This document shows, piece by piece, positions 17,173 to 25,999 of a stretch of 64,000 nt of DNA. The notes beneath the pieces are model-generated. The model saw nothing but the letters and a program-made list of their open reading frames with translations. It searched no databases and had not been told where the DNA came from. This stretch comes from Candidatus Woesebacteria bacterium. GTDB taxonomy: Bacteria; Patescibacteriota; Saccharimonadia; Saccharimonadales; EFPC-124. Made by a program: the position numbers and the translations under genes. Within the stretch, counting starts at the first letter, position 1, and the number at the start of each line of letters is the position of its first letter. The stretch is from contig JASFQB010000007.1 in NCBI GenBank assembly GCA_050115675.1, positions 10,108 to 74,107 on the forward strand, read 5' to 3'.

Positions 17173-17736
17173 ATGTCTAGTATGATCACATTTACGGTTG
17201 TTCCTGCGCGCCAGAGCTATCTCTGCCATAGGGAGCTATGCGTCATGGGCTTTAGCATGGTTACCGGATTTTACGTCCACGAAAAAGGCCAGCAAGTAAG
17301 CATCCGGCATCCAAAATACGCCAAACATGTCGTGCCAAATGCCACCTGTGAGCAAAGACGATATGAAGTTGCCTCTGCAATGCGTAGGCGACTAGTAGAG
17401 TTTGCTACTACGTACCTTGCGGACGCTAGCAGCGAACAGCCATACGACAACGACTCATTTGCAAATTACATGACTGAAGGTGGGTTAATGACAATTCCAG
17501 ACGACGAGCGCGACTCAGCAGTGCTGACGGAGGAAGGTGCCAGAATCAGAAAAGCAGAGCTTTATGTTGTTGCAGAAGTCGATAGTGGACGCACTTATAA
17601 GCATATCAGCCTCGGCAATCGGCTGGTCCTAAACATCTTCGGTCGAAATGGCGTTCTTGGTATTGTGAACATTGACGAACTTATGCTTATGTACAGAAGC
17701 AATTTAAAATGTCTTCTATTTTCCGCAGGTGCCTAG
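17173..17736 (+). CDS. Hypothetical protein
   Basis: 187-aa ORF with its own promoter and terminator. Spot G+C slightly above neighbours. No recognisable motif. Confidence 0.5.
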   Translation: MSSMITFTVVPARQSYLCHRELCVMGFSMVTGFYVHEKGQQVSIRHPKYAKHVVPNATCEQRRYEVASAMRRRLVEFATTYLADASSEQPYDNDSFANYMTEGGLMTIPDDERDSAVLTEEGARIRKAELYVVAEVDSGRTYKHISLGNRLVLNIFGRNGVLGIVNIDELMLMYRSNLKCLLFSAGA

Positions 17737-17773
17737 ATAGATTAAGCGACTATCAGGCAACCAGAACGCAAAC

Positions 17774-17800
17774 ACGGGCTCTTATCTTTTAAGAGCCCGT
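17774..17800. terminator. Hairpin terminator between convergent genes
   Basis: ACGGGCTCTT-atctttt-AAGAGCCCGT, 10-bp stem. Confidence 0.7.
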
Positions 17801-17831
17801 TTAATGTTTAAGCGTTAATTAGATATCTGAA

Positions 17832-18959
17832 TTACTCTTGAACTTCGTCGCTTTCTTCAATTGCACTCATTAAAGAATCTTCAACATTCTTTTTTGGTTT
17901 TGGCTCTGATTTTTGCTCTTTAATTGTCGCAATATCAAGCTCGTAGCCTACTAGCTGAGATGCTAAGCGAACGTTTTGTCCGCCACGGCCAATCGCAATA
18001 GAAAGTTGATCTTCTGCAACGCTAACTTTGGCATGCTTTGCATCTTCGTCAATCTCAATCTTTAATACAGCTGCAGGACTTAAGGCATTGGTAATAAACT
18101 GCTTGATATCGTCGCTGTAGGTAATAATATCGATTTTTTCTTGATCGCCGATCTCGTTCATAACAGCCTGAACGCGTGTACCATGACCGCCCACAAAAGT
18201 ACCAACTGGGTCAACACCGGGAACGGTAGAAAGCACAGCAAGCTTGGTTCTTTTGCCAGCTTCGCGTGCAATTGCCTTAATTTCTACTGCGCCATTTTCC
18301 ATTTCTGGAACTTCCTGACGGAACAAGTATTCAATAAATGCCTCGTTTGCACGACTCAAAATTAGTTGAGGGCCGCGGTTGCCGCGCTCTACGTCTTTTA
18401 GGTAGACTCTAACCCTAGAACCAACGGTGTAATATTCGCCAGGGATTTGCTCGCTTAAAGGAATAATTCCAACAGCTTTGCCAATTTCTACACGCACAAC
18501 TCGTGGCTCAACGCGCTGAACGGCACCAACAATAACCGTGCCAATTTTGTCTTCAAACTCTTCCATAACAACTTCGCGCTCTGCTTCGCGTAGTTTTTGC
18601 AAAATAACCTGTTTTGCAGTTTGCGCAGCAACGCGGCCAAAAGTTTTGGGATGATCAACAACTTCTACTTCGCCGTCAAGTTCTATTTCTGGGTTAATTT
18701 TTTTGGCGTCTTCTAGGCTAATTTCGAAAGTTGGCTCGATAACTTCTTTTACAACTTCTTTGGTTACATAAACGCTAACTTCGCCTGTGCGAGGATTCAT
18801 TTCGGCGCGAACTTCTTGATCTCGATCACCAAAGTCACGGCGGTAGGCGGCAGCTATTGCTTGCTCGATAATTTCGTGAACCATGTCTTCTGGTAAGTTT
18901 TTTTCGTCTGCAATCTGCTTAAGCGCAAGGGCTAATTGTTTTAGATTTATGTCTTGCAT
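17832..18959 (-). CDS. nusA: Transcription termination/antitermination factor NusA
   Basis: NusA N-terminal domain, S1 (GTVIVGAVQRVEPRVVRVEIG) and two KH domains (IAIGRGGQNVRLASQL). ATG at 18959 has AAGAAAGG upstream. The track start at 19031 lies upstream of the predicted promoter. Confidence 0.9.
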   Translation of the reverse strand: MQDINLKQLALALKQIADEKNLPEDMVHEIIEQAIAAAYRRDFGDRDQEVRAEMNPRTGEVSVYVTKEVVKEVIEPTFEISLEDAKKINPEIELDGEVEVVDHPKTFGRVAAQTAKQVILQKLREAEREVVMEEFEDKIGTVIVGAVQRVEPRVVRVEIGKAVGIIPLSEQIPGEYYTVGSRVRVYLKDVERGNRGPQLILSRANEAFIEYLFRQEVPEMENGAVEIKAIAREAGKRTKLAVLSTVPGVDPVGTFVGGHGTRVQAVMNEIGDQEKIDIITYSDDIKQFITNALSPAAVLKIEIDEDAKHAKVSVAEDQLSIAIGRGGQNVRLASQLVGYELDIATIKEQKSEPKPKKNVEDSLMSAIEESDEVQE

Positions 18960-19020
18960 CTTTAACCTTTCTTGATTTGTTAGTAAAAAATCCGACCAAT
19001 CGGCCGGAATAACTGCTTGT

Positions 19021-19049
19021 ATTTTATGCAATAATTACAATTTTGTCAA
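19021..19049 (-). promoter_or_regulatory. nusA promoter TTGACA-N17-TAAAAT
   Basis: Consensus -35 and near-consensus -10 read on the minus strand, immediately after the upstream terminator. Confidence 0.6.
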
Positions 19050-19050
19050 T

Positions 19051-19088
19051 AAAAATGCGAGCACCAAGCCAAAAAACTGATGCTCGCA
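19051..19088 (-). terminator. Intrinsic terminator after zinc-ribbon gene
   Basis: TGCGAGCA-N17-TGCTCGCA followed on the minus strand by TTTTTA. Confidence 0.6.
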
Positions 19089-19101
19089 GCAAAAATCACA
19101 A

Positions 19102-19635
19102 TCAACTCAACAGCAAATCCACAAAAGAAAGTTGCGCTCTACTACGGTACAGAGATGTATCCACAGAAGATAGCACACGTCTACACCCGAAGCCACTTGT
19201 GAGATTGGCAAATGACTCCTGAAATGCACCGTTCAAAAGAATCAGCCCGCCACATTTACAACACGCAATTACGTTAACATCGTTTAGCCCACTATTATAC
19301 ATGGGCGCGTAACAAACTGGGCACGTAAGCTGTGCAAGCGAAACGCCTGGAACGTTGACATTTTTATGTGCCTGCATTAAAGCAAAAGCGCTTTGATCGG
19401 GTGATGTAGGAACAGTAACTCGCTGTTTAAATCCAGCCCTGCCAAGAAGTACGTTGACTGTGCGCTGGTAATCACCAAGCATAAAATGATACTTAGAACA
19501 TCTCTGGTTGCAACAAACTCTGAGTTTGCAGTGGTGTTGACCGTGCTCTTCTTCAACAATGATTTCATCACTACTACAGACAGCACAGCTCGAGCGGCTA
19601 AGTTGCCATGATGAACTTGATGGTTGGCAGTTCAT
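19102..19635 (-). CDS. Cys-rich protein, degenerate paralog of the neighbouring double zinc-ribbon protein
   Basis: Two CxxC...C(x)C modules (CAVCSS...CCNQRC; CPVCYAPM...CCKCGG) and a shared C-terminal SFVDLLL motif. AAGGAG SD. Own promoter TTGACA-N16-TAAACT (19671-19698). Confidence 0.55.
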   Translation of the reverse strand: MNCQPSSSSWQLSRSSCAVCSSDEIIVEEEHGQHHCKLRVCCNQRCSKYHFMLGDYQRTVNVLLGRAGFKQRVTVPTSPDQSAFALMQAHKNVNVPGVSLAQLTCPVCYAPMYNSGLNDVNVIACCKCGGLILLNGAFQESFANLTSGFGCRRVLSSVDTSLYRSRAQLSFVDLLLS

Positions 19636-19713
19636 GATTACTCCTTGCAGAGAGTATACCTACATCGCTAAGTTTATATATATATTAATATTTGTCAAAC
19701 TTGTTATAAAGGT

Positions 19714-19737
19714 GGGTGTCAATGGTCATTGACACCC
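19714..19737 (-). terminator. 24-nt palindromic hairpin after the upstream zinc-ribbon gene
   Basis: GGGTGTCAATGGTCATTGACACCC, 10-11-bp stem. Weak T tract. Confidence 0.5.
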
Positions 19738-19747
19738 ATAAACTCAT

Positions 19748-20299
19748 TTAATAACGGCCAAGAAGCATATCCAAGAAGCTTCTGTTATGCCCCTGATGAC
19801 GATATTGATTGACGTTTGGATTAGCCAAGCCAAGCGAAAAACCACGGCGACTTGCAATATATGCAAAAACTTGCTGAAACTCCCCTCCGTCAAAGAACAT
19901 ACCCCAGCAATTGTGACAAGTGTCTACTTCGACGCCGTTTTCTTTAGTCTCGTACATCTGCCCATTACAGCGCGGGCAAATGACTGAACGACGAGGCCCA
20001 CGAGAATGAAGAATTCCAAACACCTCGGCCAAAAGCTGCTGAGCCTGGCCCAGCGCCTGTGGCACAGGGATTTGCTGCGCAGCGAATCCGGTTGCACGCA
20101 AAATTGCATTTACGGTTGCTTGGAACTCGCGAAAATCAAAAAAGTATGCACCACACTGATGATTTGTGCAAACGTCAATCTTCACACCACTTTCTGGCTC
20201 TGTAACTTCCGTCATAAAACACCTGCAACGCGGGCAAACAAGCTGCTGCTGAGCTGGCTGATATCCAGTATTTTGCGCATAACCGCCGTAAGGCTGCAT
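19748..20299 (-). CDS. Double TFIIB-type zinc-ribbon protein (zf-TFIIB-like repeat x2)
   Basis: CPRCRCFM...IDVCTNHQCGAYFFDFREF and CPRCNGQM...VDTCHNCWGMFFDGGEF match the CPxC...C..CxGxWxDxGE pattern. AAGGGGAG SD. Confidence 0.65.
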   Translation of the reverse strand: MQPYGGYAQNTGYQPAQQQLVCPRCRCFMTEVTEPESGVKIDVCTNHQCGAYFFDFREFQATVNAILRATGFAAQQIPVPQALGQAQQLLAEVFGILHSRGPRRSVICPRCNGQMYETKENGVEVDTCHNCWGMFFDGGEFQQVFAYIASRRGFSLGLANPNVNQYRHQGHNRSFLDMLLGRY

Positions 20300-20340
20300 C
20301 TCTTACTCCCCTTTGTTGAGACGAAAATGAGTACTGCGTA

Positions 20341-20369
20341 ATTTTACTAACCGCTCGCCTTTTTGTCAA
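20341..20369 (-). promoter_or_regulatory. Promoter TTGACA-N17-TAAAAT for the zinc-ribbon gene
   Basis: Consensus hexamers on the minus strand about 45 nt upstream of the ATG at 20299. Confidence 0.6.
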
Positions 20370-20391
20370 CCTACGCATTACCCTGTTTGCA

Positions 20392-20400
20392 TGGTAAACT
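20392..20400 (+). promoter_or_regulatory. Extended -10 TGGTAAACT 6 nt from pepN ATG (leaderless-type)
   Basis: TGG-TAAACT-tatctt-ATG with no Shine-Dalgarno. Confidence 0.5.
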
Positions 20401-20406
20401 TATCTT

Positions 20407-22935
20407 ATGACAAAAGCAGTTAGACGTTTACTACCATTTTTTAAACCAGAAAATTATAAAATTAACCTTGATCTTACAAAAAGAGAAAAACGCAGTTTTA
20501 GCGGCCGCGCAACAATTACAGGTACGGCAAAAGAAGCTGGTCAAATTATTCTACATAGTAAAGATTTAGCCATAAATAAAGTTACTGTTGACGACCAGCA
20601 GGTAAATTTTGAACTTTTAGGCAAAACAGACGAGCTAGTAATTAAATCTAACAAAATTATGCAGGGCTCGTGTACGATCACTATTGATTTTGATGGCAAA
20701 ATCAACGACGCTATGCATGGTCTTTACCCCTGTTATTTTAAGCACGACGGTAAAGACAAAGAACTGCTAATGACCCAGCTGGAGTCACATCACGCGCGCG
20801 AGCTATTCCCATGCATTGACGAGCCAGCCGCCAAAGCAGTTTTTGAAATTACACTTACCACAGAGCAAGGCGTTACGGTTTTAAGTAATACGCCAGCAAA
20901 ATCTCAAATCAACAGAGACAAGGCGCTTGTGACCGAATTTGAACCAACGCCAAAAATGAGCACCTATTTGCTTGCGTTTGTTATTGGTGAGCTGGAATAT
21001 CTTGAAACAACAAACAAACACGGTGTTTTAGTGCGAACTTACGCAACACCAGACAACGTCAAGCACACAAAATTTGCGCTAGAGCTTGCCGCAAAAACAC
21101 TTGACTATTACGATGACTACTTTGATGTGCCCTATCCTCTGCAAAAATGCGATATGGTCGCTGTTCCGGATTTTGCAGCTGGCGCAATGGAAAACTGGGG
21201 ACTGGTAACTTACCGCGAAAGCTGCATGCTAGTTGACCCCAAAAACACTCCGGCAGATGTGCGCGAATGGGTTGCAACAGTGGTGACACACGAACTATCA
21301 CACCAGTGGTTTGGTAACCTAGTCACCATGGAATGGTGGGACGATTTGTGGCTAAACGAAAGTTTTGCTAAATGGATGGAGCATTACAGCGTTGATCATT
21401 TTTATCCAGAATGGAAGGTTTGGGAGCAATTTGCAGCTGGCGAACAGCAGGGCGCGTTGGCCCGTGACGGACTTGCAAATGTTCAGGCCGTGCGACAACC
21501 AGTCTATCACCCAGACGAACTGCACTCGTTATTTGACTCTGCAATTGTTTACACCAAAGGCTCTTGCCTAATACGCATGCTGCACGAATATTTGGGAGCT
21601 GACGACTTTAAAAAAGGTCTGCGTTTATACATGAAGCGTCACCAATACAGCAACACAGTAGCGCAAGATTTATGGACGGCGCTAAGCGAAGCTTCTGGTA
21701 AAGACATCGCGGCGTTTATGAATCGCTGGATAAATCAGCCTGGGCACCCAGTTGTAAACGTTGACGTTAGCGAAAATAAAGTTGCCATTAGTCAAAAACG
21801 CTTTTTTGCCAACCCAACACAAGCTAAAAAAGGTCAGCAATTTACGTGGACAATTCCACTTTTAAGCAATCTAAGCGACGATACTCTTGATAGCACAAAA
21901 CTAGCCACAACGACCAAAACCTCTGATCTTGTATTTGTAAACTCTGGCTACACGGGGTTTTATCATACTAAATATAATGTCGAACATCTTGAGAAATTGG
22001 CTCAAAAAGTAAAAAATGGCGAGCTTTCTATTGTTGACCGCCTAAGCTTGCTAACAGATGGCGTTGCACTTGCAAAGGCAGGGTTAAGCTCTACCTCGGA
22101 CTTAATCGCCTTAACTGCCAACTACAAAAACGAGAAATCATTCCCTGTTTGGAACTCAATTGGCAGTGTGGTAGCTACGCTAAAGATACTAGTCAATAAT
22201 AACAAAGATCTAAAACCGCATTTACAAAAGTATGTACGCAACTTGGCCATTAGCGAATACAAACGCTTGGGCTGGGAACACATTAAAGGTGAGTCATATT
22301 TTGACGAGCTTCAACGTCCAAACATGATTAGCTACATGGCATACGCTAAAGATCAAGAGGTTATTAATAAATGTTTGCAAATTTTTGATAATGCAAGCCG
22401 TCCAGAAGATATAACTCCAAATATTCGGTCGATCGTTTACTCGGTAGCTTCACATGAGCGCGGAGAAAACGCATATAACAAATTGCTCAGCTGGTACAAA
22501 AAAACCACCTCGGCCGAGGAACGAATGAGCCTTGCTGCTGGCATAACATTTGTAAAAAACCAAGAACTTGCCCACAAAATTACTGCGCTATTTACAACCA
22601 AAACGATAAAACAGCAGGATCTATTTTACTGGTTCATTTACCTAATCCGTACCGAACATGGCAAGGCACCAGCCTGGCAATGGATGACCGAAAACTGGCA
22701 ATGGATTAGCGATACGTTCAAGGGCTCGCACGACTACAGTGACTTTCCTAAGTACGCTGCAAATGCGTTAAGTACTCAAGAATACCTAGACAAATATCGC
22801 GAATTTTTTACGCCAAAAATGGACGAAACAGCTATATCGCGCGTAATAACCCAGGGGCTCGAGGATATAGAAGTGCGAGTATTGTGGCGCGAACGCGACT
22901 TGCAAGCTGTAAGTAAGTTTTTAAAAAGTATTTAG
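20407..22935 (+). CDS. pepN: Aminopeptidase N (M1 family)
   Basis: GAMENWG exopeptidase motif. HELSHQWFGN...WLNESFA (HExxH-x18-E zinc site). ERAP1-like C-terminal domain. Confidence 0.9.
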   Translation: MTKAVRRLLPFFKPENYKINLDLTKREKRSFSGRATITGTAKEAGQIILHSKDLAINKVTVDDQQVNFELLGKTDELVIKSNKIMQGSCTITIDFDGKINDAMHGLYPCYFKHDGKDKELLMTQLESHHARELFPCIDEPAAKAVFEITLTTEQGVTVLSNTPAKSQINRDKALVTEFEPTPKMSTYLLAFVIGELEYLETTNKHGVLVRTYATPDNVKHTKFALELAAKTLDYYDDYFDVPYPLQKCDMVAVPDFAAGAMENWGLVTYRESCMLVDPKNTPADVREWVATVVTHELSHQWFGNLVTMEWWDDLWLNESFAKWMEHYSVDHFYPEWKVWEQFAAGEQQGALARDGLANVQAVRQPVYHPDELHSLFDSAIVYTKGSCLIRMLHEYLGADDFKKGLRLYMKRHQYSNTVAQDLWTALSEASGKDIAAFMNRWINQPGHPVVNVDVSENKVAISQKRFFANPTQAKKGQQFTWTIPLLSNLSDDTLDSTKLATTTKTSDLVFVNSGYTGFYHTKYNVEHLEKLAQKVKNGELSIVDRLSLLTDGVALAKAGLSSTSDLIALTANYKNEKSFPVWNSIGSVVATLKILVNNNKDLKPHLQKYVRNLAISEYKRLGWEHIKGESYFDELQRPNMISYMAYAKDQEVINKCLQIFDNASRPEDITPNIRSIVYSVASHERGENAYNKLLSWYKKTTSAEERMSLAAGITFVKNQELAHKITALFTTKTIKQQDLFYWFIYLIRTEHGKAPAWQWMTENWQWISDTFKGSHDYSDFPKYAANALSTQEYLDKYREFFTPKMDETAISRVITQGLEDIEVRVLWRERDLQAVSKFLKSI

Positions 22936-23055
22936 CCAGTTGTGATTATTGCTTTTTGCGTTGTATGGTCGCGTGCGTTGCTGATGTTTCGTGCAACCAC
23001 TAGCAACAAAGAACGGATTAATTTTCTATTTTGCTAGTTCAATAATATTTTAAAC

Positions 23056-23081
23056 GGGCGAGCAGACATGTCCACTCGCCC
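23056..23081 (-). terminator. Hairpin after hypothetical gene
   Basis: GGGCGAG-N12-CTCGCCC. T-rich sequence follows on the minus strand. Confidence 0.45.
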
Positions 23082-23097
23082 AAGTACAAAAGTTTAC

Positions 23098-23583
23098 TTA
23101 TGCACGCCTAACTCTTGTAGTAGGAATTTTTTCAGCTCGCATCGTTAGCCAGTTTACACCTTGATCAAAACTGAAGGCGGTAATCGTGTTATAGTAGCGC
23201 GCAATGCAGATCAGCTTTACGCAGCCAGCATTATTAATGCTTCCGTCAATCTGATAAGTAACAGATGCGTACTGTGCAGGACCGTAATAACGCTGCCCAT
23301 TATGCACAATGCTATCTGGCATTGCACTGCCAAACCGAGGAAGTTTAGCCTCGCACGTCACTTGGCGCAAAAAGGTTGCCCTAGCACTACTCGGACATTC
23401 GTATTCGTCAACTAAAAGACCAAAAACAAGATCATCCTTATCGCTAACAATGTAAAGATGCGAAAGTGAAATTTGAGGGTCAGCTGGCGTAAAATCTAGT
23501 CTGGCCAACACCTCATAATGCTCCCCCAAGATAATTAGGCGAGCGTTAGGTTCTACATAACACAGCCAGGTGTTGTCCTGCAT
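23098..23583 (-). CDS. Hypothetical protein
   Basis: 161-aa ORF, no recognisable motif. Confidence 0.45.
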   Translation of the reverse strand: MQDNTWLCYVEPNARLIILGEHYEVLARLDFTPADPQISLSHLYIVSDKDDLVFGLLVDEYECPSSARATFLRQVTCEAKLPRFGSAMPDSIVHNGQRYYGPAQYASVTYQIDGSINNAGCVKLICIARYYNTITAFSFDQGVNWLTMRAEKIPTTRVRRA

Positions 23584-23652
23584 TGCTAATCCAATCTCTA
23601 GCTTGGAAGAAGACAGGACCAGCTTATCATATTTTATAGCTATTGCGATTAA

Positions 23653-24015
23653 TTATTGCACATCAAACTCACAATTTATCACGCGCGGAGGATTATCAGA
23701 CAGCTCTATTGCAGCCAGCCGACATTCGCTATCAACTTTATTTGCCGACAGCCAAAATTCTGCCGCAAAAGCCATTTGTTGCATTTTTTTGGGCGTAATA
23801 TAGTCCAACCCTGTGCCACAATTTGCCGAACTACGATATTTTACCTCTGTAAAATAAATTATTTTGTTTTTACTGGCAATAATATCAATTTCGCACCAGC
23901 GCGTTCGCCAATTGCGATCTATAATTTTAAAACCTTGTTTTTGTAGATACTTTGCAGCCTGTTTTTCGGCATCTTGGCCAATTTTAGTCGACATTTGCTG
24001 CCCCAAGTTTGCCAA
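23653..24015 (-). CDS. yraN: YraN family (UPF0102) endonuclease-like protein
   Basis: GQDAEKQAAKYLQKQGFKIIDRNWR...EIDIIA...FTEVKYR pattern of the restriction-endonuclease-like YraN family. Overlaps the rnhB 3' end. Confidence 0.8.
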   Translation of the reverse strand: MANLGQQMSTKIGQDAEKQAAKYLQKQGFKIIDRNWRTRWCEIDIIASKNKIIYFTEVKYRSSANCGTGLDYITPKKMQQMAFAAEFWLSANKVDSECRLAAIELSDNPPRVINCEFDVQ

Positions 24016-24538
24016 AACTCAAACGCTGAATTGCGCTGGGGCCAAATTGCCCAATTGCCAATCTATGTGCAGATGTTCCGTAGCCTACGTGTTTTTCAAA
24101 GCCATACTGCGGATATTTTTGCCCGTAATTTTGCATAAGATTATCGCGCGCCACCTTGGCAATAATTGACGCGGCAGATATTAACGGAACTTTGGCGTCG
24201 CCACCAACGATGGTCGAGACCCTAACATCATCAATATAATTATGGTTTCCATCAAGCAAAATTAGCTCTGGTAAAATACCAAACGGCACAAGCGCCTGCT
24301 TTGCTGCTTTTTTAAGTGCAGCCGTTAAGCCATTTTTGTCTATAAAGTCATGAGAAGCCCAGCCCACACCAATAATTTTGGCATTTTGCCTAATCTGCAA
24401 GGCAAGTTGCAAGCGCTTTTTAGCTGTAAGTTTTTTAGAGTCAATCGCATCAACCAAATTGTCATCAATCGCAACGGCAGCCACGCAAACTGGGCCCGCC
24501 AAACAACCTCTACCAACCTCGTCTATACCTACAATCAT
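23984..24538 (-). CDS. rnhB: Ribonuclease HII
   Basis: GIDEVGRGCLAGPV catalytic motif, DSKKL, ASIIAKV. ATG at 24538 (MIVGIDE) preferred over the track start. Confidence 0.9.
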   Translation of the reverse strand: MIVGIDEVGRGCLAGPVCVAAVAIDDNLVDAIDSKKLTAKKRLQLALQIRQNAKIIGVGWASHDFIDKNGLTAALKKAAKQALVPFGILPELILLDGNHNYIDDVRVSTIVGGDAKVPLISAASIIAKVARDNLMQNYGQKYPQYGFEKHVGYGTSAHRLAIGQFGPSAIQRLSFGKLGAANVD

Positions 24539-24546
24539 TGTTTGAT

Positions 24547-24574
24547 AGTATACACAAAGTTGGCAACCAGCCAA
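24547..24574 (-). promoter_or_regulatory. rnhB promoter TTGGCT-N16-TATACT, -10 8 nt from ATG (leaderless-type)
   Basis: Read on the minus strand directly after the rplS terminator. Confidence 0.5.
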
Positions 24575-24589
24575 AATTTTAAGCAATAT

Positions 24590-24623
24590 AAAAACACCCG
24601 CCATGTTTTTGACAGGTGTTTTT
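24590..24623 (-). terminator. Intrinsic terminator after rplS
   Basis: AAAAACACC-N16-GGTGTTTTT. Confidence 0.7.
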
Positions 24624-24630
24624 ATATAAA

Positions 24631-25089
24631 TTATTTCTTTTTTGGCTTTGCAGCTGGCACGTGATTAGCTTTTTCTTCCTTCATGTGCTCTAGCTCTTGC
24701 TCGGCAGCTTTGTCAGAAACATCGTTGACTTTGTTTTTGTCAAAAGCAACAGATACCAAACGAGCAGACTTACCGCTTCGCTGGCGCAAGAACGATAGGT
24801 ACTTGCGGCGAACCTTGCTTCGTTTTACAACCTCTACCTTAAGAACCAATGGTGAGTGCAAAAGGTAAGATTTTTCTACACCAACACCGCTGGCAATGCG
24901 GCGAACCGTAATGCTGCTGGTTAGGCTGTCTTTGCGGTCGGTGCGAATAATAACGCCCTCAAAAACCTGAACACGCTCTTTTGCGCCTTCTTTAACCTTT
25001 TGGTGAACACGAACAGTGTCGCCAGTGCGAGCGTCAACCACTTTGTCTTTGCGGTAACGAGCTTCGACTTTTTGAATTAAGTGATACAT
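24631..25089 (-). CDS. rplS: 50S ribosomal protein L19 with ~40-aa acidic/basic C-terminal tail
   Basis: Canonical L19 core (GDTVRVHQKVKEG..ERVQVFEGVII...TVRRIASGVGVE). Tail VSVAFDKNK...AAKPKKK. Confidence 0.9.
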   Translation of the reverse strand: MYHLIQKVEARYRKDKVVDARTGDTVRVHQKVKEGAKERVQVFEGVIIRTDRKDSLTSSITVRRIASGVGVEKSYLLHSPLVLKVEVVKRSKVRRKYLSFLRQRSGKSARLVSVAFDKNKVNDVSDKAAEQELEHMKEEKANHVPAAKPKKK

Positions 25090-25130
25090 TAACTTTTCCT
25101 CTTATATAAGTATAGGTTACATTCCCATAA

Positions 25131-25159
25131 ATTGTAGCATGTACACCCCTATAAATCAA
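25131..25159 (-). promoter_or_regulatory. rplS promoter TTGATT-N17-TACAAT
   Basis: Minus-strand hexamers about 40 nt upstream of the ATG. AAGAGGAAAAG SD in the leader. Confidence 0.5.
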
Positions 25160-25290
25160 TAGCACGACTTGCATTTTTACTAAACAGATTTTAAAACCAA
25201 CAAAACTCGCCAAAAAGCCCTTGGCTCTACCAGCAACGTATCATAACACAGCTAAAGTCAGTTGACTAAAGCACTACACCCTGAGAGGAA

Positions 25291-25641
25291 GTGGTTTTGG
25301 TGGTTACTGGTCCTATGTTGGCCGCTGGCCTTCTTGCGGCAGCAGCAGCGTATCGAGGCGGCAAGGAGTTGCTGGACAAGTACGCAGAAAGCCATACACC
25401 TAGGCAAACTGGCGATGGCCACTTTGACGGCTATGTCATTAAAATCGTCTTCGGAGCGACAGGACGACGCGATCGTTTTGAGTTCTTTTATGGCGGTGCC
25501 GAGAAGCCTGATGGTACCGGACATGGTCACGTCGTATCTAATGATGGCGTAAACATTCATTACTGGCGAGAACCGAATCGTTCCTCGCCAATCATCGATG
25601 ACCGGTGGAGCACTGAGAAGCTCAATAAGTACGGACTGTAG
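25291..25641 (+). CDS. Hypothetical membrane-anchored protein, GC-rich
   Basis: N-terminal hydrophobic helix (LVVTGPMLAAGLLAAAAAY). GAGAGGAA upstream; alternative TTG/GTG starts at 25297/25300. Chosen over two overlapping ORFs because of the TM plus soluble-domain organisation. Confidence 0.4.
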   Translation: MVLVVTGPMLAAGLLAAAAAYRGGKELLDKYAESHTPRQTGDGHFDGYVIKIVFGATGRRDRFEFFYGGAEKPDGTGHGHVVSNDGVNIHYWREPNRSSPIIDDRWSTEKLNKYGL

Positions 25642-25675
25642 CTATCGACCTGGACATGTCTTTAAACTGCCCTCG

Positions 25676-25972
25676 CTAAGCTTCTTTGACAAGCAATCCC
25701 AATCTGCTCCACAGATAATCCGCAAATTCATCTGGATCTTGATTATTATCTGGCAGTCCTGGGGCTTCTAGTGCACCGAATTCGTTGCGTATGGTGTCTA
25801 TGCGCTTGTTGTAAAGTAAGCCTATTTTGCTTTCGTGAGTTGTGTCAAATACAAAGCAAGCAATTTTTTCTGACTGGTTTTTGTGGCTTTGTCTGTACAA
25901 AAGGGCTTCGTTAAAAAAAGAGATAATATCTTGCTTGTTTTTAAAATTGTAGGGTTTTGCAAAGAAGGTCAT
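25676..25972 (-). CDS. Hypothetical protein
   Basis: 98-aa ORF. TAACAT-N6-ATG leaderless-type start. Confidence 0.45.
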   Translation of the reverse strand: MTFFAKPYNFKNKQDIISFFNEALLYRQSHKNQSEKIACFVFDTTHESKIGLLYNKRIDTIRNEFGALEAPGLPDNNQDPDEFADYLWSRLGLLVKEA

Positions 25973-25978
25973 AACCTG

Positions 25979-25993
25979 ATGTTATGGTAACAT
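25979..25993. promoter_or_regulatory. Back-to-back divergent -10 boxes (TAACAT on each strand, 3 nt apart)
   Basis: cat-aacctg-ATGTTA-tgg-TAACAT-atgtaa-atg. Each hexamer lies 6 nt from its own ATG (25972 minus, 26000 plus). Confidence 0.45.
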
Positions 25994-25999
25994 ATGTAA

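Noticed and set aside
18960-19031. Longer NusA start (track start at 19031)
   Set aside because: It lies upstream of the predicted -10 box (19021-19026) and adds a non-NusA N-terminus. The ATG at 18959 has an SD and gives the canonical N-terminus.
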